Source of the DNA: Tubiluchus corallicola
Taxonomy: Eukaryota > Animalia > Priapulida
DNA length: 64,000 bases
Assembly (NCBI GenBank): GCA_030141605.1
Contig: JAQGDQ010000282.1
Span: 238,274-302,273 of the forward strand
Reading direction: 5' to 3'
Under the pieces are notes generated by a model that had not been told where the DNA came from, did no database searches, and worked only from the letters and a program-made list of their open reading frames with translations. Of this stretch, positions 1-12,900 are shown piece after piece. How positions within the stretch are numbered: position 1 is the first letter of the stretch; the number at the start of each line of letters is the position of its first letter. Position numbers and translations under genes: made by a program.

Positions 1-345
1 GATTGGCATATATCTTAGTTAGTGCAGTTTCTGAAGTTTGGAACCTGCAAAGACTTGTAATAAATTTTTGTAATTGTTAGCCACCAAGTTAAGCCAACTG
101 AACCAATAGTTGTCTTCACTGTTTCCTGTGAGACATACCATCATTTAGAATTTTTTAAATTTCAGTTACATTGGATTATGGATTTTTTTGTTTATCTATT
201 CAGTATACTACTGAATTATTTATTTAGAACTTGTGGAAATACTGTGATGCTTACATTACCTCATAGTTACCTAAATGATAATAATATGTGAAATAGACTT
301 AATTTTGATTTAATTGAAATTAACATTTTTTCCATTTTTTTGCAG

Positions 346-1134
346 CGGAACACAATAGACATCGCAAATTCATTGGAATCAATGAAACGCGAGAGCGCAG
401 CTTCTTTGGAGCTGGAAACGAGTGGTTATGAAGAAGAGGAGATTACAAAGAATAAAGAAAATGATTTACATACCAGTAATAATCCCGGAGACCAGTTAAC
501 GAATGCCAATCCAATTACTCCAAGTCATACTGCCAGGTAAGTGTGCTGTATTCCATTTTTTAGTGATAAGAAATGATTTGTAATTTAGTTTATGTAAATA
601 TCTTATTTTGAGTGTTGACAAATTCACTAAGCTTTTCCATGGTAATTGTTGTGATTTTATTTCCTATAGTGCACGGACATTATCCAGTTGTTGTGTATTC
701 ATAACTTTTCTCTTTCTATTACTCAAATCTTTTATTGAAAAATTGTTTTCTGTTTCAAAATTTAAGCGACAGGTGGCAGCACAATTCTATAAGAATTTAG
801 TGACTTACAGAGCTTGCATTATAAAGTCGAAAATACAATTGCTTAAGTGACCAAAGAACATGATGGAATGCATGACAAGATGTGTTATTATACCTACAAA
901 AGTAATATAAAATCTTATATGTTTTTTCTTAGCGATACGGGATTGAGAAAGAGAACACGGCAAGAGCGTAACAAGGATCTCAGCGAAAAGATTGAGCAAA
1001 TGAAGCGGAAACAAAGAGAGAGTGAGAAGCCATACTATAAGAGATCAGCAATTCGACCGCTTGCCTACGCTGCGGGAATTCTAATCATTCTGACTGGTGG
1101 TTTCTTACTGTTTAGATACTACCACCATTCATAG
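346..1134 (+). CDS. 3' end (last two coding exons) of a PTPN1/PTPN2-family (Ptp61F-like) tail-anchored protein tyrosine phosphatase; the 5' part lies upstream of the window
   Basis: Exons 346-536 (tttgcag| ... |gtaagt) and 933-1134 (ttcttag|) join in phase 2. The C-terminus GLRKRTRQERNKDLSEKIEQMKRKQRESEK...LAYAAGILIILTGGFLLFRYYHHS* resembles the TC-PTP tail (LRKR..E.R....K..QMK) followed by a terminal TM anchor. The catalytic domain is not visible, so the family call rests on the tail only. Confidence 0.75.
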
Positions 1135-2680
1135 GATTGTAGCATGTAGCTATATTTTTCCGGTTAAGGAGATTGTTAAGTATTTATAGTTTTACTTCGT
1201 ACAATTTCTGGAAATAATTTTATTAATTAGTTTCAGTTATTTATTAGCATGTTGATACCTTGGGAAGGGTATGATTTTAAACTTGGTGGCTGTTTTTACA
1301 AAACGCATCTTATTGACGCTGTTTCATTTAATCATATCATATGATTTTAGCTGAGCTCAGATTTGTTACCGCTTTTGCAATTCACATAGGCATTTTATGT
1401 ACTAATCGAAACTTTCCTGGGTTAACCAATTGTGTAGCTATAGCTAATTTAATAACATACATTTGTCATGATTTGTGATAGAAACATTTGTTGACAGCTA
1501 GGAGCCTGCGATTAATGTTTATTAATTGTAATTGATAACAGTTTGAGCACACTTAACGCTTAAAACTTTGGGTGAGCTTTGTAATTTTAGCCTCAGAATT
1601 TGCTTTATTATTTATATAATAATTGATAAGTCGTCATTTGATAAAAATGATTATTATTAACATTTTGAACTAGTAACTTTACATTTATTTTTCATTATAG
1701 CATTTCTTGTCTGACTATTACACATTCTCTATCACCTGCCTTGTACAAATTTGTACATAATTAATAATAGATATATAAATACAGTTTATTATGTAAAATG
1801 TTATATATCATGTCTGTTATTCAATTAAGATAACGATGTTTTTGTCTTAACCTGGGAGTGACCCTGTTAGTTGTTTTGTTCGTTACTTGTCTTTTTTAGT
1901 TACATAAATATTTTTGTAATTTTGCTGTAATAGTTGTTATTGTTGTTGTTGTTTGGCTGTCATAAAGGAAAACGTAGTTAAAAATTCATGAAGTAAGAAT
2001 TATGAATTACATTTATTTTATTCACGCTGTCGCTGTAAATTCAAGTCACATATAATTTAAAATTGTACCAGCTACAATTAGACATATATTCAATCAGAAT
2101 TTTCACTGATGGTGTCAGTGATTTTGTAAACAATTTACTGTTAGTAATGAATGACTGGTATCTTCTTTTGACAGAAAAATTAAATTGTTAAAGACTAGTT
2201 TAAAGTACAAGAAAAGTGAAGAGTTTCAAAAAATGTACATTACAAAAATGTACTACTTTATTGTAATTTTATGCAAATGAAGTAATCTTGTTTGCAGCTT
2301 TTGTCCAACGTTGATTAAATTTTTGCTGGATTTTGGTGGTTAGCATGTGTCTTTAAGATGGACTTACATCTTTTTGCGCTAAGATAGCCTATGTGGTGTG
2401 ACCTATGATAAAGCCATTTGTTGTGCTTATTGCACAGTGCTATTACACTTCGTCATAGTTTCTACTTACAAACTTTGAAATTTCCTTGAAATTTTAGATG
2501 TAAGATATGTAAAAAAACTTTCAGTATTTTATTTGGTGCAGAGGTTTTTAATTATCGGAAAATTGACAATTTTTTTTGTAAAGTATGTGACATATTGTAT
2601 ACACCTTAGCCCACTCAACAGGTTGCAAAATCTTATTGTCACTGCGGTAATTATACGTTATATTCAACATTAGCAGAGTA

Positions 2681-2843
2681 GATCTGTGTAACGTCATACA
2701 ATGTTACATCTAGGGATCCATGACATCATACAGTGCTAGGTTTGGGGATCCGTGACATCATACAATACTGCATCTAGGAATCTGTGACGTCGTACAGAGC
2801 TACATCTGAGGATCCATGACGTCGTAAAAAGCTACATCTAGGG
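2681..2843. repeat. ~32-bp minisatellite, about 5 copies (GATCYRTGACRTCRTAMARWGYTACATCTAGG-like)
   Basis: Units read directly: gatccatgacatcatacagtgctaggtttggg / gatccgtgacatcatacaatactgcatctagg / aatctgtgacgtcgtacagagctacatctgag / gatccatgacgtcgtaaaaagctacatctagg. Confidence 0.85.
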
Positions 2844-3518
2844 CATAACAAACTGGAATAACAATAATGTCTAGCAATACGATTTTTCAAGTTGGTTTCT
2901 CAGAATTTTTTTTTAAAAGTCCATTCTCTCATCCCTTAACCCTGGAATGCTAAAGGCAGTTGTACATCTTTGGAGAAATCATGATTTTGGTAACATGAAT
3001 CAAATGTGATGAAAAGTGGAAAATCAGTCCTGTTAAGATTATAAAAATTTTCGTACATTGTTGAAGTTGTTTACAAATTCTTTACTAGTCCAAAATAGTA
3101 TTTGCAAAAAAAAGTTGAACATTTGTGACATGTCTACAACAAGGACATTTCCTGTTAAAGTTTTTAATAAAAGTATAAATAGTTTAAAGGTTTGTAAGAT
3201 AGAGTAAGTCTGAGTTTAAAAGAGTATTATTAATTAAAAAGGAAAGCAAAACTTGTGCACGTCTCTCTGCATTTTTAAGTCCCCAAAATCATGTTTTATT
3301 TATTGTTATTTGATATTCAAAACATTTTGATTTATGACACATATAAATATTGCAACCTCATTTTAATGTAAAACTTGTATTTGCACATAAAGCTGTTCCT
3401 TCGTTGTTCTTGTTGTTTATGCAATGTTCGTTTTGAATTACTTTGTATAGATTATTGCATTTCTAAATTTCCCCAAATGGATGTGCAAGAACAGTGTTAA
3501 GTGTATATTTTTATGTAA

Positions 3519-3524
3519 AATAAA
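3519..3524 (+). terminator. Candidate AATAAA polyadenylation signal ending a long (~2.4 kb) 3' UTR of the PTP gene
   Basis: AATAAA after a long ORF-free T-rich region, with GT-rich sequence downstream. Another AATAAA near 3166 is an alternative. Confidence 0.35.
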
Positions 3525-4571
3525 CCCTGTTTAGATTAACCATTTCGCATTGACTTGCGTGTTATAATTTGCGATGTTTTCTGAGTCGTTTCAAAAGTTT
3601 CTTGTGTTATACATGTATAAGTTATCTACAAAGGAGGCAAGTTTATCATTTTATAAAGACCAATTATTTATTTTATTTTCCTCTTACAGTTCCATTTTGC
3701 TTGAGTTTAATTTTCCTGATATGCCCCAGAATTTCTTACGAATCAAGTAACACTCGTGTAAAACAAGACCGTTGAAAAAAATTAACCATTAAAATAACTA
3801 ATTTATTATTGTGACATTGACACTACATGCAGATAACACGGATAGCTAATGATGAGTAAAATACAATATCAAATGGCTCTAGTGAAAACAACGTAATACA
3901 AGGGACTCCAGTAATGTATACACGTCTATAATCGACCTAACGTAGTTGTTAAAAATATGTACTGCAGTTATTGCAAGTTAAACCTTGAATATATTGGGTG
4001 GCGAAGAAAAAATGCCAGACTACAAAAATGTTAGAAGCAAGTGCCTATAGAATTAAAGTTGCGCATTGTGGTAAACAGTACTTGGATTTTGGCTGTAAAA
4101 CTTTATAGCTTCTGTGGTTTTAAGTGAGTTTAACTGAAAGGCTTTTGCATGTTAAAAATTAAGAGCCGGAAATAAAACACCCAATACATGGTAGCAAAAT
4201 AATAAAGAAGTCACCAGTTTGTATCACTGTCTTCACCTCAGAAAATAAAGCATTGATAAAGATTTTCTATCAAGAATAAATGGAACTTAATCTTCTGGAC
4301 TATAATATCTAGAATTCCCTTAAAGAGAAAGTGTACAATGACGTATGGTGCAGAGGAACTAAAGGCAAAAACTGTTGTGTGCTGGAACCAAATACACTTT
4401 AACAAAGTGAGAAACTGTATGACCTGTTGAAAGAAACGCCTGCGTTTAGTTTGCGCTGAAAATAGTAGACGTTTAAAGCAAATGCTGTAAATTTTAACAA
4501 AAGTGACAAAATTTTTCCTGCATTTTTTTCGTAAAATTGATGTTTTAGAACTTCTCTATCTTTGGAAAAAA

Positions 4572-4874
4572 TGTAGGGAAAATGGCGCAGGAAAAAATGG
4601 CACGGTAAAAACGGCAAAGAAAAAAATGGCACAAATTGAAAAGTAGGTAAAACTGGCACAGGAAAAATGGTACAAGAACAAATGTTACAAATGGAAAAGT
4701 AGGTAAAAACGGCACAGGAAAAATGGTACACTTAGTAAAATATGTGGTTAGGGTCAAGGTTACAGTAGAGGACAATTATTTTAGTTATTTTTACCTTTGC
4801 CAAGGAAGTTATGCGTCAACACAGTTTTACCGTGCCATTTTTCCTGTGCCATTTTTATCTTTGCAATTTTTACA
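4572..4874. mobile_element. Foldback/MITE-like element with repetitive inverted arms
   Basis: The left arm repeats AAAATGGCACAGGAAAA and the right arm has the complement (TTTTACCGTGCCATTTTTCCTGTGCCATTTTT), with a central GGTTAGGG. No TSD identified. Confidence 0.6.
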
Positions 4875-5256
4875 CGCGCAAGGAACAGTCTAGGCGAATG
4901 ACCTAAAATATTTGGTGTTTATACACGATCGTCTGCAATATCAGTCTGGGAATTTTTAAGTGATTCCGCTTCTTTTAATACCTTTAGACAGGTGTTGAAT
5001 TTGTTCCAGTTTTGCTTTGAAGGAGCCCTGACTTGCTCTGTTGTTGTTACAATAATCATCATCGTCAACATTCGAAGTACATTACATTATATAATACGAT
5101 ACAATACGATATCGAGCATTTGTGGCGAAAGGTGCTAAATTCTTATTTCACTATTCGGCAAAAGAAAGCGTCTTACGTAGTGCTTACGGCAATCCGTTTT
5201 TCTATGTAAGTCAGTAGGAGCTATTAGCTCATCTAGCTCACCTAGCAACTAGCTTT

Positions 5257-8200
5257 TCAAAAAGCTAAGTTTGTTTGGTTGCTGAAAATGTTCGTTTGGT
5301 TTTGAGGATCAATTGTCAAATCATCGCCCAGTTCGTAGTGAAACTGAACAATCAGGATAAAATATGTTATTATGATGCTGAAAATCTGAAAAATAAATAA
5401 AAAACGACTAAGCCTACTATGTTATATTTACTGCTAGAGTGCTAGGCTTTTCTTTAGGGTGAATGCGCATGTTTTTTGGTATTTTCTCCCAACTAATTGT
5501 AGTGGACGTTTCAAGGAAAACACTGTCTGTAAGCGTGGCAGTGACTTTCAGTAAGCAAGTGTTGTGAACAAATATGAGCTCAAGTGTCACGATAACTCAC
5601 TTTTAAAGTTTTAATGCACGACATATGGTTATTCAAATGAGTCTAGGAGTTTGTTAATTCACATTGAATTAAATATAACTGTATTGGAACGTAATCGTGT
5701 GTAATTAAATTTATTTTATTTAGTGGGACGTAATTTAGTGGTTGTGTCCTATGTCTTCACTGTAAATTTGTGATTGCAGATTGCATTTTGTTGTGCGTAT
5801 GTTACCCCATGCTAGTGCCGAATAAATAAAATAAAAATAAATATAAGAATATGGTAACTCACCTTGATGCAAGAGTTACGGAGCGTTCAGACTAGCGAGT
5901 TTCCTGGCTAAGTAGCTCGCAAGGGTTTTCAAACTAGAGAGCAAAACTTGCTGCGAGTTATTTTCCAACGGTAAGCACGAGCTGACATTCACTTCTCAAT
6001 TCCCTGCGAGAACTGTCGAGAGTAACTGACTGAAGCGTTCAAGCGTTCACATTACATACAGTAAGTCAACTCGCAGCAACTCGGAGACTTTGCAATTTTT
6101 TGCCGACAATTAACTCGTAAAGGAGTTCACACTTGCGAGTTTGCTGTCAGATAGAAAACTCGCCAGTCTCAAAGCGTCGTTATAGTTACTGACATGGATA
6201 TGCAAGAATTATAGTTACTAACATTTGAATACGAGAGTTATAGTTACTCACGCTGAATACAAAAGTTATATTTACTCACATAGAATGCAAGAGTTATAGT
6301 TACTAACACCGAATGCAAGAGTTATAGTTATTCATATTGAAAGCGTGAACTTATATTGTGAAGTTAGGCAACACTTGTGTTGTTGCAATAGGCCAGTCGT
6401 ATAATTACTTACTACGAATGTAAGCTAAATTTTACATAGAGCTCAACGTTTTGCAGGTTCCAAAATGAGAAATTGAACTGGCAAAAGTGTCGTAGCTGTA
6501 TGGATAAGTGCGAATCCAAGGTAGTAAGGCAGATGAAAATATTCACAGTTAGTGTTCCACATTTACTAACTGTGCCAGTCATTGCCTAACTTTGCTGCGA
6601 AGAACACGCCGTAGTCATTCAGGTAATGATTATTTATTATTATCTGGTGACGATTATTAACTATAAGTGTAACTGATTCGCTGTAAGAGCAGGTGCAATG
6701 ATTACTCGCCGTGAGTATAGGTGATGATTACTCACCGTAAGTGTAGCTATCATGATTACGCACTATCAGTACAAGTAATGTATTCACCGTAAATACAGGT
6801 GTCATGACTACTCATCGTCTGAGTAAGTGATGAATATTCATTCTTCTAAGTACAAACGCTTCAGGATTACTCACCTTTTGTGCCACGGAATGATAACTAT
6901 TCACCGTAAGTGCAAGTATCATAATTGTTCAACTTTAGTGTAAATGTTTGATGATTACTCGCCATACATACTTATCGTAAATACAAGTTAGTGTCATAAT
7001 TATTCAATGTCATTGATTACTTACAGTAAGCATAGGTGTTACTATTACTCACCAAATGATGATTTTTCACAAAAAGTGTCATGATTACTGACCGTTAGTG
7101 TAAGTAAGGAAGTGAGGATTACTCACCGTAAGTGCAAGCGACCGATTTATAATGAAGAATCTTGCCGCAGTGAGACCAACTTGTCCGTTTGACAGGCGTG
7201 ATATAAATACTGAACGCTGAAACGAAACAGTTGACATATAAAATCAAAACGACCAGTATGAGATGCTGACTATAAGTGTAAAATTTGCTTGTAGTTCGCC
7301 GAGTTCGACACCTTATAGGCCTAGTAAAAGCCAAAAAGCTAACACAAAGTTTGATATCCGTAGTTTGTGAAGCTTTGATTTCTCATTTAGCACAATTGAG
7401 TATAAAATCCACTTGTTTTTTTATTTTTTTCATGTTTCCTATAGTGTAATGTAGGTGTTGCTGTTATACATCGCCCAATTCTTACCTTCAGCTGTAAGGT
7501 ATGGCATTACCTTCAATCAAATATAACGTATTGCATGTCGTCTTGAAACTAAACTGTAAATTTCTACTCATGAATTCTACCAGCTTTGATAGGCCATTTG
7601 TAATAATTCTCGCTGCTGATTGGTTGGATTACACTGTTTTCTTGTGAAATGCACACTTGGCTGGGGAGGTTACAAAACCACCCGTGACATGATGTACCTT
7701 CATGAAGGTGCCTGTAGCCTACATTTATTCCCAGGCTATGAGGATTGGTGACACTACACTGCTAACGCTTTCTTTATTTGACATGGGATTTCAGTACAGT
7801 TCGGTTTTCCGTTTTTCTAAAGAATGCTATACGTAGTACTGTACACAAATTTTATGCGGTGTAATTTTATTCGTTCAACAGTCTTATACTAGATAGTTTT
7901 TATAGTTTATTAGTTCCACATATTACATATATGTTGAAAAATATCAAACTTTATAACAATATCAAAGCTTTAAAAAACAAGTACGTCAACAAGTGCTTAA
8001 AAAGCGAGAATATTTGTGTAAATATTTGATGTAAATACCCGCACCCGGGTATGCTGAGAAAGGAACGAAGAATAACATTGAAAATACAGACTAGGAGATA
8101 GGCAAGGAAAGAGATAAAAACAGTCTTGTAATGGATAATTTTAGATTTAATTGCGCTTAAAGTAAGTAATCAGAAAAAAGTCAGTTTGCAAAGCGAGATA

Positions 8201-9970
8201 ACATCGGACACTTAGACTGCTCATCTGGGTTGCAGGCCCGAATTAACCAAGATGGCGAGGAGATGGTAAACAGTGCAACAAAATATATTTATAAACTTTA
8301 CGTTTGAAATTTGCATCGTTTTTTGCCCATGTGTTCAATTAGGAAATTACTCATTTTTGCATGTACAGAGTCATAAATGTAAAATGCTAAGGTAAACGAA
8401 AGTAGAATAAGGCCAACATGGCTACCATACCTGAACGTCTTCATGCAAGGATAATCCAGATAGTGAATGTAAAATTTCCAATGGTTCATGAATCTGAAAA
8501 GTAAATCAATACAGCGTTATTTGTTACTTCAAAATAACATTATGTCATTTAGGAAATTTCAGATTTGCTTTTGTTTTTGTAGTCGCTAAGTACAATAAAA
8601 TAAAAATTAAATGTTGTTGTACTGATTTGTTAACCCATAGACATCATGTTTTCCTCAATAGCGCTATAACTATACACTTACATTTTCGGGATAACTGAAC
8701 ATGAGGGCACAAGACACAATTTGCATTTATGTTGCATTTGGGATCATCAGATGCTGTGCCAAAAATGAAAAACACTGAAAACCTAGTACTTTTTCAACTA
8801 GTATTTCACCTTATCGTGTAACTTGGATCCAATCCATGGAATTAGTAAAAGAATGCAAAACCACACCAAAGCCATGAGCAGAATGATGGTTCTAGTAACT
8901 TCTCTGCTTGAGCTTAAACGGTCACTGAAGAAGACACCTAGGTAGCAGTATACGCAAATAAACACAATCACACACACGTGAGCCATCAAGATGAAACCAG
9001 AGTAGATGTCATCAAAAGCAGATACTGTAACGCACAGTTTCTGGTGCCTTATGCGTAGTTCTTCAATCTTTAATTGATGATTATTTGCAGACGCATTGCT
9101 GTTTTTAAGTTCAAGCATTTTTGTGTTTTGTTGATTGGACATGTCCTTCAGAATTCGCAGATCAGAAGTTATTTTCTCAAAATCCTCTCCAAGTAAGCGA
9201 GCATAGATATATAACATATATAAGAGCAAGAAAAAGGTGATTATAAATGCTTGACTCATGCATGCTGAACTGAATACCACCCATAGTTTCAGGATGAACA
9301 TGTCCTTGTAGTTGCGAGGAAGAGGATAAATTAAATTATTGAACTGTGTAAAATCGAAAAGATTCATGGTCATGGTTGGAATAATCATCATTATGAAACA
9401 CAACAAATTGTTTACAATACTAATAATCATTACATAGGCGAATTTTCGTACAGTCTTTTTCTTGTGTTGTAAGGATTTCGTGTTCACATGTTGTCGTACA
9501 GCATGCCACCATTTTTTAAAAAGCCTAGGATGTGACTTTGCCTTGAAGAAAAAAATGGCCAAATTGATCAATAGCATGCAGTTTATATACAGAACAGATC
9601 CATTTATGATAATAGTCATCAAGTCGGGCGTCCATTCTGTCAGAAACCCTAAAACTGATTTTATTACAAATACAAACGCAAGAAAGAGGCATAAGAGACT
9701 GTAGAAGTATGGGAAACTGCAAGTTCGATACTCGATATCCGATATTTTTTTCCCATTTTTCTTTATGGTCAGTGGTAGGAGACTGAAAACTTGCAAAACT
9801 TGAAGAGCAGGTGCAAAAGAATCAATAAAGTCTGCATATGTGACCTTCAAATCATAAAGCTCCTCTTGGGATGACGCCTCTTTCACTAGGATCTTTAATC
9901 GAGTCCCATAATTTAGTTCTTCAGTTGTTCCAACATTTAGTTCTTCAGTTGGTTTAACAATATTCTTCAT
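5257..9970 (-). CDS. Gustatory receptor-like (7tm_7 / GR-GRL) chemoreceptor, isoform A, 480 aa
   Basis: Exons: 9970-8810 (387 aa, multi-TM, LRIRHQKLC..V...DDIYS); 8493-8431 (IHEPLEILHSLSGLSLHEDVQ); 7216-7127 (RSVFISRLSNGQVGLTAARFFIINRSLALT); 5385-5257 (IFSIIITYFILIVQF...AF*). Three canonical GT-AG phase-0 introns and the TM7 TYhhhhhQF signature of GRs. Confidence 0.9.
5500..5845 (+). mobile_element. Possible 3' remnant of a non-LTR retroelement
   Basis: T-rich segment ending in GAATAAATAAAATAAAAATAAA, a LINE-like tail. No convincing ORF. Confidence 0.3.
5849..6355. repeat. ~29-bp minisatellite (ATAGTTACTCACATTGAATGCAAGAGTT-like), interrupted by the MITE
   Basis: One unit lies left of the MITE and about six units lie at 6182-6355. 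Confidence 0.85.
5879..6179. mobile_element. PIF/Harbinger-type MITE inserted into a minisatellite
   Basis: TTA at 5876-5878 and 6180-6182. 24-bp imperfect TIRs (cggagcgttcagactagcgagttt vs revcomp cgacgctttgagactggcgagttt, 19/24 match). Removing the element restores a minisatellite unit. Confidence 0.8.
6610..7140. repeat. Degenerate ~27-30-bp tandem array derived from the GR exon-3/intron-3 junction (GATTACTCACCGTAAGTG...)
   Basis: Recurrent gattactcaccgtaagtg motif, e.g. near 6727, 6898 and 7117. The last copy contains the real donor at 7126. Confidence 0.85.
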
Positions 9971-12900
9971 GGTAGCACAGCGATAATAGTTGTGATGTTC
10001 AAGCTACATCAAATCACCTTTGAACTTGTGACCAATGTTTTGTTTAGCAGAAGAATGTCACTTATTTAATGGCGGACAAAACAGAACGCAGTATCAGTAG
10101 TACGTTACATACAAGTATGTCTATACAGTTCTGAAATTCTAGATAGACTATATATTGCAAATTGCCTAATCAAAAATGGTAGTTCGTGATATAGGCCACT
10201 CCAAAACGTTCACGATAATATAAGTTGTTTGCAAGCAATAGGAGATCAGAAAATTTATACACAAAAACCAGCTTTTTTGTCTCTCCAAGCAGGAACGTTT
10301 TAGTTTTTGTAAACTATGATATCATATGCAAACGCTGATAACAGAATGTGTTTAGTTACTACCAATATCCATGCATAAATGTTCCTGTTGATTTGCTTTC
10401 AGATCACCCTAAAATGTTTGCTATCAATGTTTGATATGCCTGTTAATTTTCACTGAGAACAAAAGATCACGCTATTGCGCTGTTAGGACAGAGTCATTAT
10501 ATTCAAATACACGAATCTCCTTTGCCATGGTCTATTTAGTCAAGTTATAATATGGACTATATGATAATTGAAACAAGTAAATGACATTTTTCTTGTTTTG
10601 TCTTGTAAATTTTACTCCATCTGTATTTTTCATAAGTAGCAAGAATTCTTGCAACTTTAAACAGCCATAGTTAATTCGTAATTTCGACCTTCGACATAGT
10701 TGCATGCGCTTTTAAACTGCTTCCTAATTATTAACGTTTTTGTCTTCTGGCTATTTTAGACATGCACAGGGAATAAGCTTGTAACAATTAAAATAACAAA
10801 TTTTTTTATATTTTTAAGTTGCATGAAATCACGCAAACTCATAAAGTAACAACAATAATGTGTACATTGGAAGATAATTGGTGAAAGGGTTTAATGTCAA
10901 TAAAGATTTATTGACAAAGCGTACATTTTTCTGTTGACATGTCTCGTTACAGGACAATGGGTGCAAATTGAAAGTAATTTAAACAGAAAAGCATCAGTGA
11001 TAGCTGACATTGCTCTCAAAAGATGAAAATAATACACGTTTATGAGGCAGGAACACAGATTTAGCCACCCCGAATTGGTGGGCTGTGAATGTAAGTAATA
11101 TAGTACGGATGTTTGGCTTTATGAATGGTGTTCCACTTACGCAAATAGGGGCCTCAAAAGTTGCAGAGGATGTGTGACAGTGGCAGGTTCCAAATAGTTG
11201 AATCATATCAGCTCAAAGTACTTTAGAGCGCTATTTAGGGTTTAGGATGTAACTATTTTATAGGTTTCTGTAAATATTTTACTTAATCCAACTATCCGGC
11301 TAACAGATTAATTGCTTTAACTGGCCAACTGACAGATCCATTGATCAATCACCTGCCTGCTCTCCAGCCGGCTAGAAAACCAATTCATAACTAATGCTGG
11401 CTAATTGCAGGTAATAAGCTAGAAAAACCAAAAGCAATTGAGGTGTATGCTTATTTTAATGATTGCCATAGCTAAAATATTTAGAGAGGCACGAAAATTA
11501 AATGGATAAATGATCAAAATTTTCAACAACTAGTTTACCTTATCGTGTAACTTCGATCCAATCCATGGTATTAGTAAAAGAATGCAAAGCCACACCAAAG
11601 CCATGAGCAGAAGGATGGTTCTAGTAACTTCTCTGCTTGAGCTTAAACGGTCACTGAAGAAGACACCAAGGTAGGAGTATACGCAAATAAACACAATCAC
11701 ACACACGTGAGCCACCAAGATGAAACTAGAGTAGATGTCATCAAAAGCAGATACTGTAACGCACAGATTCTGGTGCCTTATGCGTAGATCTTCAATCTTT
11801 AATTGATGACTATTTGCAGATGCATTGCTGTTTTTAAGTTGAAGCATTTTTGTGTTTTGTTGATTGGACATGTCCTTCAGAATGTGCAGATCAGAAGTTA
11901 TTTTCTCAAAATCCTCTCCAAGTAAGCGAGCATAAATATATAACATAAATAAGGGCAAGAAAAAGGTGATTGTAAATGCTAGACTCATGCTTGCTGAACT
12001 GAATGCCACCCATAGTTTCAGGATGAACATGTCCATGTAGTTGCGAGGAAGAGGATAAATTAAATTATTGAACCGTGTAAAATCGAAAAGATTCATGGTC
12101 ATGGTTGGAATCATCATCATTATTAAACACAACAAATTGTTTACAATGCATATAATCATTACATAGGCGAATTTTCGTACAGTCTTTTTCTTGCGTTGTA
12201 TGGATTTCGTGTTCACATGTTGTCGTACAGCATGCCACCATTTTTTAAAAAGCCTAGGATGTGACTTTGCCTTGAAGAAAAAAATGGTCAAATTGATCAA
12301 TTGCATGCAGTTTATATACAGAACAGATCCATTTATGATAATAGTCATCAAGTCGGGCGTCCATTCTGTCAAAAACCCTAAAAGTGATCTTATTACAAAT
12401 ACAAACGCAAGAAAGAGGCATAAAAGACTGTAGAAGTATGACAAACTGCAAGTTCGATACTCGATATCGGATATTTTTTTCCCATTTTTCTTTATTGTCA
12501 GCGGTAGGAGACCGAAAACTTGTAAAACTCGAAGAATGGGTGTAAAAGAATCGACAAAGTCCGCATATGTGACCGTCAAATCAAAAAGTTCCTCTTGAGG
12601 TGACGCTTCTTTCAGTGGGATTTTCAATAGAGTCCCAACGTTTCGTTCTTCAGTTGGTGTGACAATATTCTTCATAGTAGCACAGCAATAATGTTGCAAA
12701 ATTTAGGTCTCCTTTGAACTTATATCCAATGTATGTTTAGCAGAAACACGCCAACTGTTTCAATGACTGAAACAACTGCACTTAATATTAGCAGTAATGT
12801 TACATACAAGTATGTTGATGTAGATCTGAAATTCTGGATGGACTGTAAATTGCAAATTGTTTAACAAAAACTGCTATTTCCAGATACAAGCTCATCACTC

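Noticed and set aside
4330-4423. Minus-strand acceptor followed by VIQF as a candidate GR last exon
   Set aside because: Exon 5385-5257 gives the complete TYFILIVQF motif and a stop, so this match looks coincidental.
6182-7140. Regularly spaced repeats resembling a CRISPR array
   Set aside because: Eukaryotic intron, no unique spacers and no cas genes; these are degenerate minisatellites.
8680-8780. Possible small GR exon with a GTAAGT donor
   Set aside because: In-frame stop or phase mismatch; 8493-8431 fits in phase 0.
9462-9722. Antisense or alternative-frame ORFs repeated at 12191-12451 and 15370-15573
   Set aside because: Shadows of the duplicated GR exons.
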